Counted from the first letter of the stretch, positions 7,776 through 16,448 are shown. The stretch is DNA of 32,000 nucleotides from Deltaproteobacteria bacterium (GCA_031389045.1 JANMSE010000539.1:1846-33845); one strand, 5' to 3'. The notes: generated by a model not told the origin, from the letters alone. Translations and numbers: made by a program.

Positions 7776-9236
7776 TTATTTATCCTTTGCGTCGGAGCGG
7801 TTGAACCCCGTGATCTTCAGCACGTCGTCCGTCGCGTAATTATCCACGAGCGGCATGTTGGCATCGTTAGAGTGTTGGATGGCGACGTACGCGGTGGTTC
7901 CGTCCGCGGAAAAAATGAAACCGGTGGGTTCGGCGGACGAATCCTTGACGGATAGCACTTTAACGCACCCATCTGTCTTGATGTCACGATCAAGTCCGTC
8001 CCGCAGACACGCGAAGATGTCCCCGTTCGGATGGTCTTCGATGACATACAGAATCCCAGTCTTTGGTTGAAAATCCAGATTATCGAAAGAATTGAAATCC
8101 TGGTCTCCTTCCACGAACCGGTTGACGACGACCGAGCGCTGCGTGGCACTCGCCACTAAGGGGGTCGCATCAACACCACAGATCACCTCCGCGTAGTTGG
8201 ACACGCCTTCGTTCCCGGTGTTTGTCCAGCAAAAGCGCACGCCCGTGCCGGTAAAGGTGGGGTCTCCATGCAGGTCTTCTGGGCGGTAGTAGCCAGTGGC
8301 TCCGTTGGTGCGCGCATCGGTCCGGGCATTGGCGGCGCTCACCGCTACCCACGCCCCATTGCCAATTTCACACCCTTGGCCGAACTGTTGCGTGTTATTG
8401 ACGCAGGACACTTGCAGCGCGAACACACTTCCCGCCGCCAGTGGGGATTGTCCGAGGCTGGTGACTAGTCCGGTCCCGGTGCGGGGCGTGGTGGGGACGA
8501 ACTTGAAGAGCGCTCCACCGTCTCGGTCCGCGCCCCCCGTTCCAGGACGGAGTTCGTCTCCGGCGATGACCACGCCGCTTGATAAGATGTGTAATCCTTC
8601 CCAGGCCATGGTCGGGAGCGCCGTGCGCTTGACGATGTGGGCGGAGTCCGTCACCGCGCCAGTCGCGCGGTCAGTGACGGTTTGTTCCGTCGTGGTTAGT
8701 GGATCAAGAATCTCGTAGGCCCCACCATCATCGACTTCCTCGGTGGCGAGAATCGTTCCCCACGGGGTCGTGCGAATGCCATCGCAGCCATCCATGCCAC
8801 GCAGAATGGTGGCGACTTCCCCGGTTGTCAGATTGATGCGTTGCACGGATGGATTGAGTTTCCCATTGGATAAAGTGATGCGGTCCTCTTCGACACAGGT
8901 AATGAGGTGAGTTGGCTGCGTGGCGGGAAAGAAGGCCATCATGTCCGTGTTATGCCCCGCGCTCCGGGTCAGGTAGGTGGCTTTCAGCCCTCGTGCCAAC
9001 GCCACTTGGTCCCCAGCGGTTTGCGCGGGGGTACGGTACGGCCCAACAGTGGGCGGTGCTGAATCGCCGAGGGGTTTCTGGACGCCAAAATAGCGATTGG
9101 ATTGATTCTTGAGGCGCTCTTCTACTTGGAGACCAAAGTCCTTCGCGTCATCGGCGAGACTTGCTCCTGGAAAAATACTGCTCGTCACGAGGGTGGCGAG
9201 CAGGAACGATTGGGAATAGCGGTTGAGAAACTTCAT
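7776..9236 (-). CDS. Secreted PhoX-family / DUF839 beta-propeller phosphatase-like protein
   Basis: Start moved to MKFLNRY (ATG 9236), preceded by aAGGAGGttgttca. Signal peptide ends ...FPGASLA. PhoX-like motifs: GIRTTPWGTILATEE, YYRPEDLHGDP, FDNLDFQP, AYVAIQHS. Confidence 0.75.
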   Translation of the reverse strand: MKFLNRYSQSFLLATLVTSSIFPGASLADDAKDFGLQVEERLKNQSNRYFGVQKPLGDSAPPTVGPYRTPAQTAGDQVALARGLKATYLTRSAGHNTDMMAFFPATQPTHLITCVEEDRITLSNGKLNPSVQRINLTTGEVATILRGMDGCDGIRTTPWGTILATEEVDDGGAYEILDPLTTTEQTVTDRATGAVTDSAHIVKRTALPTMAWEGLHILSSGVVIAGDELRPGTGGADRDGGALFKFVPTTPRTGTGLVTSLGQSPLAAGSVFALQVSCVNNTQQFGQGCEIGNGAWVAVSAANARTDARTNGATGYYRPEDLHGDPTFTGTGVRFCWTNTGNEGVSNYAEVICGVDATPLVASATQRSVVVNRFVEGDQDFNSFDNLDFQPKTGILYVIEDHPNGDIFACLRDGLDRDIKTDGCVKVLSVKDSSAEPTGFIFSADGTTAYVAIQHSNDANMPLVDNYATDDVLKITGFNRSDAKDK

Positions 9237-9332
9237 TGAACAACCTCCTTCACACGAGACAGACAAAGTCGCGTTCAGCTACGAGCGTAAACGCGCTGGC
9301 AAGTGGTCTATCACTTGCCGTGTTGTGTCCCG

Positions 9333-9361
9333 ATGTGGAAAAGATGAAATTCTCGTGACAA
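9333..9361 (-). promoter_or_regulatory. Pho-box-like array upstream of the PhoX-like gene
   Basis: Minus strand reads TTGTCAC-gaga-ATTTCAT-cttt-TCCACAT, three units phased at exactly 11 bp (6/7, 5/7 and 3/7 matches to CTGTCAT/C). It lies about 97 nt upstream of the ATG. Confidence 0.45.
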
Positions 9362-9383
9362 AAGGTAACTCGTCTGGTGTGAG

Positions 9384-10367
9384 TTAGGCCGCTCCCTCAA
9401 GGCTGGGGACTCGTCGTGGCGTGATGGGGAGGCAAACTCGGAACGTCGAACCGCGTCCGACTTCGCTCTCAACCGTGATAGTGCCGCCCAGCAATTCGAG
9501 CAAACGCTTCACAATGTGTAACCCCAATCCCGTGCCTCCGTACCGGCGCGAGTCCGAGCCGTCGAGTTGTCGGAAGGGCTCAAAAATCACCGCCAATTTC
9601 TCCTGGGGAATTCCGATTCCGGTATCCGTCACGCTGATCTCTACTCCTTCTTGATAGCGCTGGGCCGTGACGGTGATGCTTCCGCGCTCGGTGAACTTCG
9701 CCGCGTTGCTCAGCAGATTCTTGAGCACCAATTTGAGATTCTTGGCGTCGGTGAGGACCGGTCGCAGGTCGGGGGCGCTCTGCCACACACACCTCAGGCC
9801 AGAGAGCTCCCATAACTCACGGGTTTCATGCTCCAGTTCCTCGAACAGCTTCGGCACTAAAACTTCTTTCACATTGAGACTCGTGCTGTTGGTCTCCAGG
9901 CTCCGGAGCTTCAGCAAGTCAGAGATAAATTCGAGCTGGACGGAAGCGTTTTTGTGAATTTTGCCTACCGCGTCGGCTTGTTCGGAGGTGAGAGGCCCAA
10001 AGGTCCCGGCACTCAACATTTCACCATAGCCCAGGATAATGCTGAGCGGGGTCCGCAGCTCGTGTGAGATGGTCGCCACGAACTCAGATTTGGCCCGGTT
10101 TGCGACCTCAGCCGCTTCCTTGGAGACGAGTGTTGCCTCCAACTGCGTCGCCATCTGGTTAAATTGCATGGCCAGCTCGGTGAACTCGTCCCGCCCTGTG
10201 ATCGCGAGACGATGCCGGAGGTCACCTTGGCCAATGGTGAAGACCCCCTGCATCAAATCTTTCAAGGGGGTGTGGATACCGCGGATAAGGAGGAAACTCG
10301 CGCCCACCCCACTGAGGAGGAAAGCGAGGAGCAAGACGGCGAGTCGCCACAGAGCGCGCTCTACCAC
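9384..10367 (-). CDS. Sensor histidine kinase, C-terminal part (TM2-HAMP-HisKA-HATPase_c)
   Basis: H-box SHELRTPL, N-box LLSNAAKFT, G-boxes DTGIGI and GGTGLGL. The GTG-started ORF overlaps the upstream sensor ORF by 146 nt in another frame. Confidence 0.8.
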   Translation of the reverse strand: MVERALWRLAVLLLAFLLSGVGASFLLIRGIHTPLKDLMQGVFTIGQGDLRHRLAITGRDEFTELAMQFNQMATQLEATLVSKEAAEVANRAKSEFVATISHELRTPLSIILGYGEMLSAGTFGPLTSEQADAVGKIHKNASVQLEFISDLLKLRSLETNSTSLNVKEVLVPKLFEELEHETRELWELSGLRCVWQSAPDLRPVLTDAKNLKLVLKNLLSNAAKFTERGSITVTAQRYQEGVEISVTDTGIGIPQEKLAVIFEPFRQLDGSDSRRYGGTGLGLHIVKRLLELLGGTITVESEVGRGSTFRVCLPITPRRVPSLEGAA

Positions 10368-11238
10368 GTGCGTCGCCTCTTGCTCCGCCGCTTGCAGCTC
10401 GTGTTGGGGTCAACGCTTGAATATGGTCATCCAGGAGGTCGTCGAGCTGGCCGCGGAGGACGAGGAACTGCTGGATTCCGGCTTGCAACTGGTCGTCCGC
10501 CGCGAGCATCTCCTGAATCCGAGACAGGATTTGTGGGAAGAGGGTTTCCAGCTCGCCAACCCAGCGCCGTTCTTCCTCAGTCAGACGGAGTCGGCTCAAG
10601 ACGGCGAGGTGCGTTTGAAAGTCAGTGGCATTGTCAAAAATCCGCGTGTGGTAGTCTCGCTGGTGCGTCCGCAGGTAGTGACCAAGCCACGTGCCAACCT
10701 CGGCGCTATCCGCCTCCAGAGACACGGACTCTTCAATTTTTTGCTGTCCGTCTGGTCCTATCCGGTCGATGTGGGCCTGGAAGCGATCATCAATGATATC
10801 GTCGAGCGTATCAAAGTTGATGGCCACGGTCGCGAAGAGTTTTTCCTGCTGATCCTTACGGTCCATCAGCGTCTGCCCAAGCGTGCGAAACTCTCGGTAG
10901 AGCGCCTCGACCTGCTCTCCGAGGGTTTTGCTCCGCGCGGTCTGGCTCAAGCCGTTGTACTGGGCGTGGAAGTGGGCAAAGTCCGCCGTATCCTTGGCCA
11001 CACGGTCCCGATATTTGGGGTCCCCGGTATCCAGATACTTTAAGACTCCCAGGCCGGTACCAATGACGTTGATCTCCATTTCATACGCAGCGGCGCTGGT
11101 TGGTTGCCTCACATTGGTGACCTCATATAGCGCCTGCTCGACTGTCCTGAGCGCCTGATAGATCACCGCGATCGTCCCGAGGCCGATGAGCAAAATCAGC
11201 GTGACCCCTAGAAAAATCCTCTTCGTGATTGTCATCAC
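10222..11238 (-). CDS. Sensor histidine kinase, N-terminal part (TM1 plus a helical periplasmic CHASE3/4HB-like sensor); the frame is lost near 10400-10415
   Basis: N-terminal TM (IFLGVTLILLIGLGTIAVIY) followed by about 270 aa of helical sensor. The last roughly 60 codons are Arg/Pro-rich nonsense. The kinase frame upstream of 10367 reads PQHELQAAEQEATHVVERALW, continuous in sense with ...LDDHIQAL. Confidence 0.7.
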   Translation of the reverse strand: MMTITKRIFLGVTLILLIGLGTIAVIYQALRTVEQALYEVTNVRQPTSAAAYEMEINVIGTGLGVLKYLDTGDPKYRDRVAKDTADFAHFHAQYNGLSQTARSKTLGEQVEALYREFRTLGQTLMDRKDQQEKLFATVAINFDTLDDIIDDRFQAHIDRIGPDGQQKIEESVSLEADSAEVGTWLGHYLRTHQRDYHTRIFDNATDFQTHLAVLSRLRLTEEERRWVGELETLFPQILSRIQEMLAADDQLQAGIQQFLVLRGQLDDLLDDHIQALTPTRAASGGARGDARGRARSVATRRLAPRFPPQWGGREFPPYPRYPHPLERFDAGGLHHWPR

Positions 11239-11421
11239 ATACTCCTAATTGCCCACTATAAAATATGTTTCCTCCTAAAACCACTGAGATTATACGGAAA
11301 TTTTTATTTTTCCATAAGGGTTATTGTGTATTTTTCTGACTGATCGAGCACTCCAAATGAAGATGTCTAAATTCACATCGCCAAGAGCGGTCTTGCTTGA
11401 GCGGTAGCGTCCGGTCCCGCC

Positions 11422-11637
11422 TTATGCGCCGAATCGCCAGTGGGTCAGGGCTTGGAAAAATCCCCAGAGCATCCCCCCAACCATCGCCAATGTCGTCACC
11501 GCAAGGATTAGCTCCGCGAGGTTCTCTTGCGTCACGTTCCGGTTCCACCACCGCCGACGTAGAAAAGAATGTGGCTGGGTAAACGGTGGGAGTATCTCCC
11601 GCGCGGTATCCGTTCTCTGTCCAATGATTGCTTCCAT
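11422..11637 (-). CDS. Small hypothetical membrane protein (71 aa, C-terminal TM)
   Basis: GGAGGA lies 6 nt upstream of the ATG (catGGAGGAtacagcATG). One hydrophobic helix: LAELILAVTTLAMVGGMLWGFF. Confidence 0.45.
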   Translation of the reverse strand: MEAIIGQRTDTAREILPPFTQPHSFLRRRWWNRNVTQENLAELILAVTTLAMVGGMLWGFFQALTHWRFGA

Positions 11638-11871
11638 GCTGTATCCTCCATGACAAAAGGTGAATCGTTCTCATTCGGCTATCCTGCCGCGGACCATTCC
11701 TCGGCAAGTTCTTCAGTATATTTGACGGTCATTCTCCTGCTCGCTGTTGACGAGCAGGTGACGTGAGAAAGAACATTTGGTGAAGGACGAACGCCTCGAC
11801 GGAGGGTCTTCGATGAAATAGGGATTGCCAGTCCCGGGTTGCAAATCCAGATTGTCAAACGAGAGGAAGGA

Positions 11872-11932
11872 GAGGTTGCTGAACAATGAGCAGCAACCTC
11901 TCCGGGGAAGAGGCCGCCGGGCAAGCGGCCTC
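11872..11932. repeat. Two adjacent perfect GC-rich hairpins in an ORF-poor region
   Basis: gaggttgctg-N9-cagcaacctc (10-bp stem, 11872..11900) and gaggccgc-N7-gcggcctc (8-bp stem, 11910..11932). Confidence 0.7.
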
Positions 11933-12069
11933 GGGGGAGGGATGAGAGGCTTGTAGTGTAAGCGGGCTCCGTTACGCGAGGATGACAGACTCGTGAAAGT
12001 TTGGTGGAAAAAATGTCACGGTCGCCGCGTCGTGGAGCAGTGACATGAAGTTCGTGAGTTTCAAGGTCC

Positions 12070-12220
12070 CTCTCCCGGCTGAGCAATGGCATGAAGTTAA
12101 GGAAGTTTTTGTCGCAGGAGAAATCACCCCCACGCCTCCCCCTGCCGGGGGTTTCAACCCCCGGTTTGCTGCGAGCAGCGCCTTTCGGCTTAACTTCATG
12201 CCATTGCCCGGCTGGGAGAG
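12070..12220. repeat. Long imperfect inverted repeat (about 32-nt arms with a 19-bp perfect core) enclosing an inner hairpin
   Basis: gcaatggcatgaagttaag (12083..12101) pairs with cttaacttcatgccattgc (12189..12207). Flanks ctctcccggctg / ccggctgggagag are partly complementary. The inner hairpin is ccggggg-tttcaa-cccccgg (12145..12164). The element lies just 3' of the PEMT-like gene (stop at 12254). Confidence 0.75.
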
Positions 12221-12253
12221 GACTAGGGTGGGGGGGATCACGTGACCTTTCCC

Positions 12254-12793
12254 TTATTGCTCGAAATAGGCACCAGCAAGGTAATAGATCGTTTGCAGAG
12301 CCGGCAGCAAATACCAGTCGTCATGCGGAAAGCGCATGGCGAGGAAAAAGCCCCAGATGGAGAATAACGTGCCCACGTACTGGGGGTGGTTGAGCAGCGA
12401 AAAGGGGAACTCGCGACACCACGGGACCCGATACCCAAACTTATTGCCATAAAAGACTCCGACCTTGCCCAACCGATAGAACACGCTGAAGTTGAGAAAC
12501 TGTCCGGCGATGATCGCCGCCGTTCCCACCGTGAGGACAACGAAGTCTCGGCTCATCAACGACGGGAGGAGTCCATACCCGTGGAGATAGCACCACCCGA
12601 AAAACACCGCGAGTTGAATCCCCTTGAAGCAAAAAAAGAGTTTCTGTAGGACAGAAACCGGGTCCCCCAAAGCCATCACTCTCGGACGGGCGCAAAAGGC
12701 CCGAAAGGACTCGGGCGCACGCCACGCCCAGACGTAACACACGCGTTCGAGGCTCAGTAAGACAGCGGCAACCACAAAGGCCCAGAGACTCAT
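12254..12793 (-). CDS. PEMT-family (phospholipid / isoprenylcysteine-type) membrane methyltransferase
   Basis: Start placed at MSLWAF (ATG 12793), which forms an ATGA overlap with the upstream gene's stop. 179 aa with about 4 TM segments. C-terminal motif: LLNHPQYVGTLFSIWGFFL. Confidence 0.8.
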   Translation of the reverse strand: MSLWAFVVAAVLLSLERVCYVWAWRAPESFRAFCARPRVMALGDPVSVLQKLFFCFKGIQLAVFFGWCYLHGYGLLPSLMSRDFVVLTVGTAAIIAGQFLNFSVFYRLGKVGVFYGNKFGYRVPWCREFPFSLLNHPQYVGTLFSIWGFFLAMRFPHDDWYLLPALQTIYYLAGAYFEQ

Positions 12794-15120
12794 AGCGCTG
12801 CTCCTTTCCGCGCCTGCAACGCCTGCACGAGTCGAGAAGGGCTGGTGTAGTACGCCGCGATGTCGGTGAACGGATCGGTGGCCAGTTTCACGAACCAAAT
12901 CATCGCACTGCGAAAATCGTGCTCCCACACGAGATAGGAGACGTGTCCCAGGACAACCGCTCCCGTCAACAGAAGCCATTGCCACGCGACCGTGGGGGTG
13001 ACCGCGGCGAGCGTCTCCCACGTCGCCGACCCAGCACTTACTAGATGCAGGACAGGAATCAGGAGATACGCGGCGACAATGATCGTTTTCTTACGGGTGT
13101 TCAGCCCCAGGAGCAATTTCTCCTTGTCATGGCATGGTGGCTCGAGGATGGCATGACCAAGCTGCCGCACAAACAGCGCGGCCAACCCTAGCGACATCGC
13201 CAGAGTGAGGTTCGAGAAAATCAAAAAATAACAATAAATAAACACGCTGGAACTGAGCAAGTGGAAAAATTGGTTAATCAGGTTGCTATGCGAAGCGACG
13301 TGGTCATCGTGCTTGCGCTCCATGATCTCCGTATAAAAACTCTTCAGAGGCTGGGGCACCCGCAACGCGGGAACCCGCACTGCGGGAACCCGTACCAGAC
13401 TCCCGAGCATTTCTCGAATGAGATGTGAACGCATGATCTTCTCCCTCCCTGGGTGTTGTTCTTCGCTTAACCACCACGCATCGCTCTGCATCGTTCGCGC
13501 CGCGCGTAGCAGCTTGTCCTGTAACTCTTGATAATCGGCCTCCGTGAAATCCAAACTACTCAGACAGCGACCCGTGCCGACCCAACTCAGCGTGACCCCC
13601 TCCGCGCGCAGGTAGTATTGCAGGAGCCAGTTGTAGCGACTCGGTTCCTTGAAGAGCACGGTCCAGACCGTGCCGAAATGCACGATCCGCAGTGGCAACG
13701 AGGAGGCGGCGAGTTGCTGATTGGTCGCGAGCACCCATTGCGCGCACCGTTGTTTGGCTGTGTCGTACACCTGCGCCGTGTCCGGCTGCGTGACCCAACG
13801 CAAGAACTCATTCATGGCGCCCATGACCAGCGGATGCGCGGAGAACGTGCCAATCACATACGCGATGCGCATCGGGTGCTCGCTATCAAACCGCTTCATC
13901 AGCTCCCGCTTGCCGCACACCACGCCGATGGGCATCCCCCCGGCCACCGTTTTGCCGTAGACGACCACATCCGCCTGCACGCCAAAATACGCTTGCGCGC
14001 CGCCGGGGGCGAGGCGAAAACCGGTGTACACTTCGTCGAAGATCAGCGGGATGTCACAGGCCGTGCACACTGCGCGCAGTGTCCGCAACCATTCAGCGTA
14101 GGAGGTGGAGGAATCCTCGGTTTTGCGCACGCCACTCATGAGTAACACGGTATCACTCGGAGGTGGTGAATTAGGGTGGAACGATTGCACCGGATTGATG
14201 AGCACGGCGGCGATCTCTTTGGCCCGCCACCGAATAAGGTCGAGCGAGGCCGGATGGACGTCCTTGAGCGTGAGACAATCGTTCAGCTCGCGCTCACTGC
14301 CCAGTCCGGCCTGCACGCCATCCCACCAGCCATGATACGCCCCGGAAAAGCAGACGATCAATTTGCGGCGGGTATTGAACCGCGCCATCCGCACGGCGGC
14401 CATCACCGCTTCGGTGCCGCTCATGTGGAACGACACTTCATCCATACGCGAGATGGATTTGAGCAGGGTAATGTTTTCCGCCACCACCGGGTGGAGTGGC
14501 CCCAATACCGGCCCCAAGTCCTTTACCTGCTCCCACCCCTTTTGCATCCACTCCTTGTAGCGGTCGAACCCCGCGACATTGAGGCCATACGAGCCGCTCA
14601 CATCTAAGGTCCAATGCCCATCGAGATCACGTAATTTCGGACCTGCCGACGCGGTCACGACCGAGCAGAGGCTGAATTTTTCACGCATCAGGCGCATAAA
14701 TGGAAACGGTACCCGATTGGCATCAGTGAAACGCAAATCCGAGAAGCTCTCGCGAATCTCATTGCCCCAGGCGATCGAACGCGCATAGTGCGTCTGGAAA
14801 AAACTGGCCAATCGGTCGAGGGCCTGTTTACGCAGCGCCACCCAGCGCTCCCCGCCGCCGTCCGCCCGGACAAACTCCTCGTCCGAATAGGCATACGACT
14901 TCACCCATGTGGACAACCGCCGGGAGACCGTCGGTGCCAGTGCCAGCGCCCGCAGGGTCATCACCGCCGTGACCAGCTTGCGCCCCACGACAACGACGAC
15001 GCACAGCACGCACAGCAGCCCCAGCGTAAGCCAGGCATTCCCCCATTCTACGGTGGAAATCCCTGTCGCGTGCGGGAGCCATTCCGCACCCGTGTGTCGC
15101 AGCCACTCAGTCAGTTTCAT
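12790..15120 (-). CDS. Fusion protein: N-terminal TM anchor, class-III (glutamate-1-semialdehyde aminomutase-like) PLP aminotransferase, and a C-terminal Mpo1/DUF962-like membrane domain
   Basis: 776 aa. Aminotransferase motifs: HMSGTEAVMAAVRMAR, FSGAYHGWWDG, FDEVYTGFRLAPGGAQAYFGV, YGKTVAGGMPIG (Lys). C-terminal SHSNLINQFFH and LGHAILEP match the HxNxxNxxxH and GHxxxE signatures of DUF962/Mpo1. Confidence 0.85.
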   Translation of the reverse strand: MKLTEWLRHTGAEWLPHATGISTVEWGNAWLTLGLLCVLCVVVVVGRKLVTAVMTLRALALAPTVSRRLSTWVKSYAYSDEEFVRADGGGERWVALRKQALDRLASFFQTHYARSIAWGNEIRESFSDLRFTDANRVPFPFMRLMREKFSLCSVVTASAGPKLRDLDGHWTLDVSGSYGLNVAGFDRYKEWMQKGWEQVKDLGPVLGPLHPVVAENITLLKSISRMDEVSFHMSGTEAVMAAVRMARFNTRRKLIVCFSGAYHGWWDGVQAGLGSERELNDCLTLKDVHPASLDLIRWRAKEIAAVLINPVQSFHPNSPPPSDTVLLMSGVRKTEDSSTSYAEWLRTLRAVCTACDIPLIFDEVYTGFRLAPGGAQAYFGVQADVVVYGKTVAGGMPIGVVCGKRELMKRFDSEHPMRIAYVIGTFSAHPLVMGAMNEFLRWVTQPDTAQVYDTAKQRCAQWVLATNQQLAASSLPLRIVHFGTVWTVLFKEPSRYNWLLQYYLRAEGVTLSWVGTGRCLSSLDFTEADYQELQDKLLRAARTMQSDAWWLSEEQHPGREKIMRSHLIREMLGSLVRVPAVRVPALRVPQPLKSFYTEIMERKHDDHVASHSNLINQFFHLLSSSVFIYCYFLIFSNLTLAMSLGLAALFVRQLGHAILEPPCHDKEKLLLGLNTRKKTIIVAAYLLIPVLHLVSAGSATWETLAAVTPTVAWQWLLLTGAVVLGHVSYLVWEHDFRSAMIWFVKLATDPFTDIAAYYTSPSRLVQALQARKGAAL

Positions 15121-15122
15121 CT

Positions 15123-16448
15123 CTACATCCTCCTTTCCACGGTTCCGTGGTCAAACCTCGATGGGGTAGCAAAAAGTTGGGGCGCGGGATGATGTGAACC
15201 ACACGCTTCCGTCAGCAGCGTGGCGAACTGTTCCACGATACTCGACCAGTCAAAAGCGACGATGTGCTCACGTGCCTGTCGTCGTATCCGGAGGAGCGAC
15301 CACGGCTCACGCACGAGCGTGGCGGCGGAGTCGACGAAGGCGGTCGCGTCTCCATACGGGGCCAGCAGCCCAGTTTCGCCATGACGAATGTGCGCATGGG
15401 CCGCGGCGTAGTCATAGGCGAGCACCACCAACCCGCTGGCCATCGCTTCCAGCGTGACATTGCCAAAGGTTTCCGTTTCACTCGGAAAAAGAAAAATATC
15501 CGCCGACGCATAATGGGTCGCGAGCGGCTCACCGGTCTGGAGCCCAGCGAAGATGAGATCGGGATGGGTGTTCTGAAGGCTGGCGCGCAGGGGGCCATCC
15601 CCGACGATGACACACGTGACCGCACCCCCGCGCCGCCGCATGGCGTGGTAGGCCGTGATCGCAAGGGGGACATTTTTCTCGGGCGCGAGCCGCCCCACGG
15701 ACAACACCACCAGGTCGTGCTCCGTCACGCCCCACTGCGCCCGGAGTTCCGCGCACCGACGTGCCGGAGTGAACCGGTGGCTGTCCACGCCGCGGCCGAG
15801 AACCGAGACATTGCGGACGCCAAGGGTATGGAGGCGGTCGCGCTGATCGCTACTCGGGACCAACGTCCCGTGCGTGCGGTTATGAAAGCCGCGCAGGTAG
15901 CGGAAAACCAGAGGTTGCAACCAGCCCACGCGATAGTACGTGGAGTAGCTGTGGAAGTTTGTATGAAAACCGCTGACGACCGGAATGCCAAGCCGCCGTG
16001 CACTGGACAGCGCGGACCATCCCAGCGGTCCTTCCGTCGCCACATACACCACATCGGGTCGGTGTCGGGCCCACGCACGACGCAACGCGCGTCCCGCCGG
16101 CAGGCCAAACTGCATGCCCCCAGACCCAGGCAACGGGAGGCCATGAACCAGGGTCACCGCTGAGTCGCGGTGCCCGCCGGCACCATCCGCCAGCCGCTGC
16201 CGTGGCCGCACCACGGACACCGTGTGCCCGCGCGTACGGAGTCCTTTCACCAGATGGGATAAGGTGAGCGCGACGCCGTTAATCTCCGGGGGATAGGTTT
16301 CACTGACGATGCTGATATGTCGCGGCTGGAACGCGCGCTGGGGGGACTCGATCCGTACCGAAGCCGGAGGCTGGTTCAACGCAATCGGCAAGCGAAGAGC
16401 ATCGTGAACGAAAGAAGAATTTTGCACTTGTGAGTATTCCTCCAACAC
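15123..16448 (-). CDS. GT4-family (glycosyltransferase group 1) enzyme, SqdX/Agt-like lipid glycosyltransferase candidate
   Basis: Start moved to GTG 16448, preceded by agaGGAGGggcggct. N-terminus ISIVSETYPPEINGVALT. C-terminal FLFPSETETFGNVTLEAMASGL (EX7E region). Its stop abuts the ATG of the next gene with no intervening bases. Confidence 0.85.
   Translation of the reverse strand: MLEEYSQVQNSSFVHDALRLPIALNQPPASVRIESPQRAFQPRHISIVSETYPPEINGVALTLSHLVKGLRTRGHTVSVVRPRQRLADGAGGHRDSAVTLVHGLPLPGSGGMQFGLPAGRALRRAWARHRPDVVYVATEGPLGWSALSSARRLGIPVVSGFHTNFHSYSTYYRVGWLQPLVFRYLRGFHNRTHGTLVPSSDQRDRLHTLGVRNVSVLGRGVDSHRFTPARRCAELRAQWGVTEHDLVVLSVGRLAPEKNVPLAITAYHAMRRRGGAVTCVIVGDGPLRASLQNTHPDLIFAGLQTGEPLATHYASADIFLFPSETETFGNVTLEAMASGLVVLAYDYAAAHAHIRHGETGLLAPYGDATAFVDSAATLVREPWSLLRIRRQAREHIVAFDWSSIVEQFATLLTEACGSHHPAPQLFATPSRFDHGTVERRM

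Noticed and set aside
10039-11043. 334-aa and 210-aa plus-strand ORFs
   Set aside because: They are antisense shadows of the histidine-kinase gene with Arg/Ser-rich composition.
11835-11848. cgggttgcaaatcc, reminiscent of a tRNA T-arm (GGTTCAAATCC)
   Set aside because: No acceptor stem, D-arm or anticodon arm can be built around it. The loop sequence also deviates from the TTCRANY consensus.
13528-14607. 205-aa and 143-aa plus-strand ORFs
   Set aside because: They are antisense to the aminotransferase fusion, whose PLP-enzyme motifs are unambiguous.
15264-16163. 299-aa plus-strand ORF
   Set aside because: It is antisense to the GT4 glycosyltransferase gene and is an Arg-rich shadow ORF.
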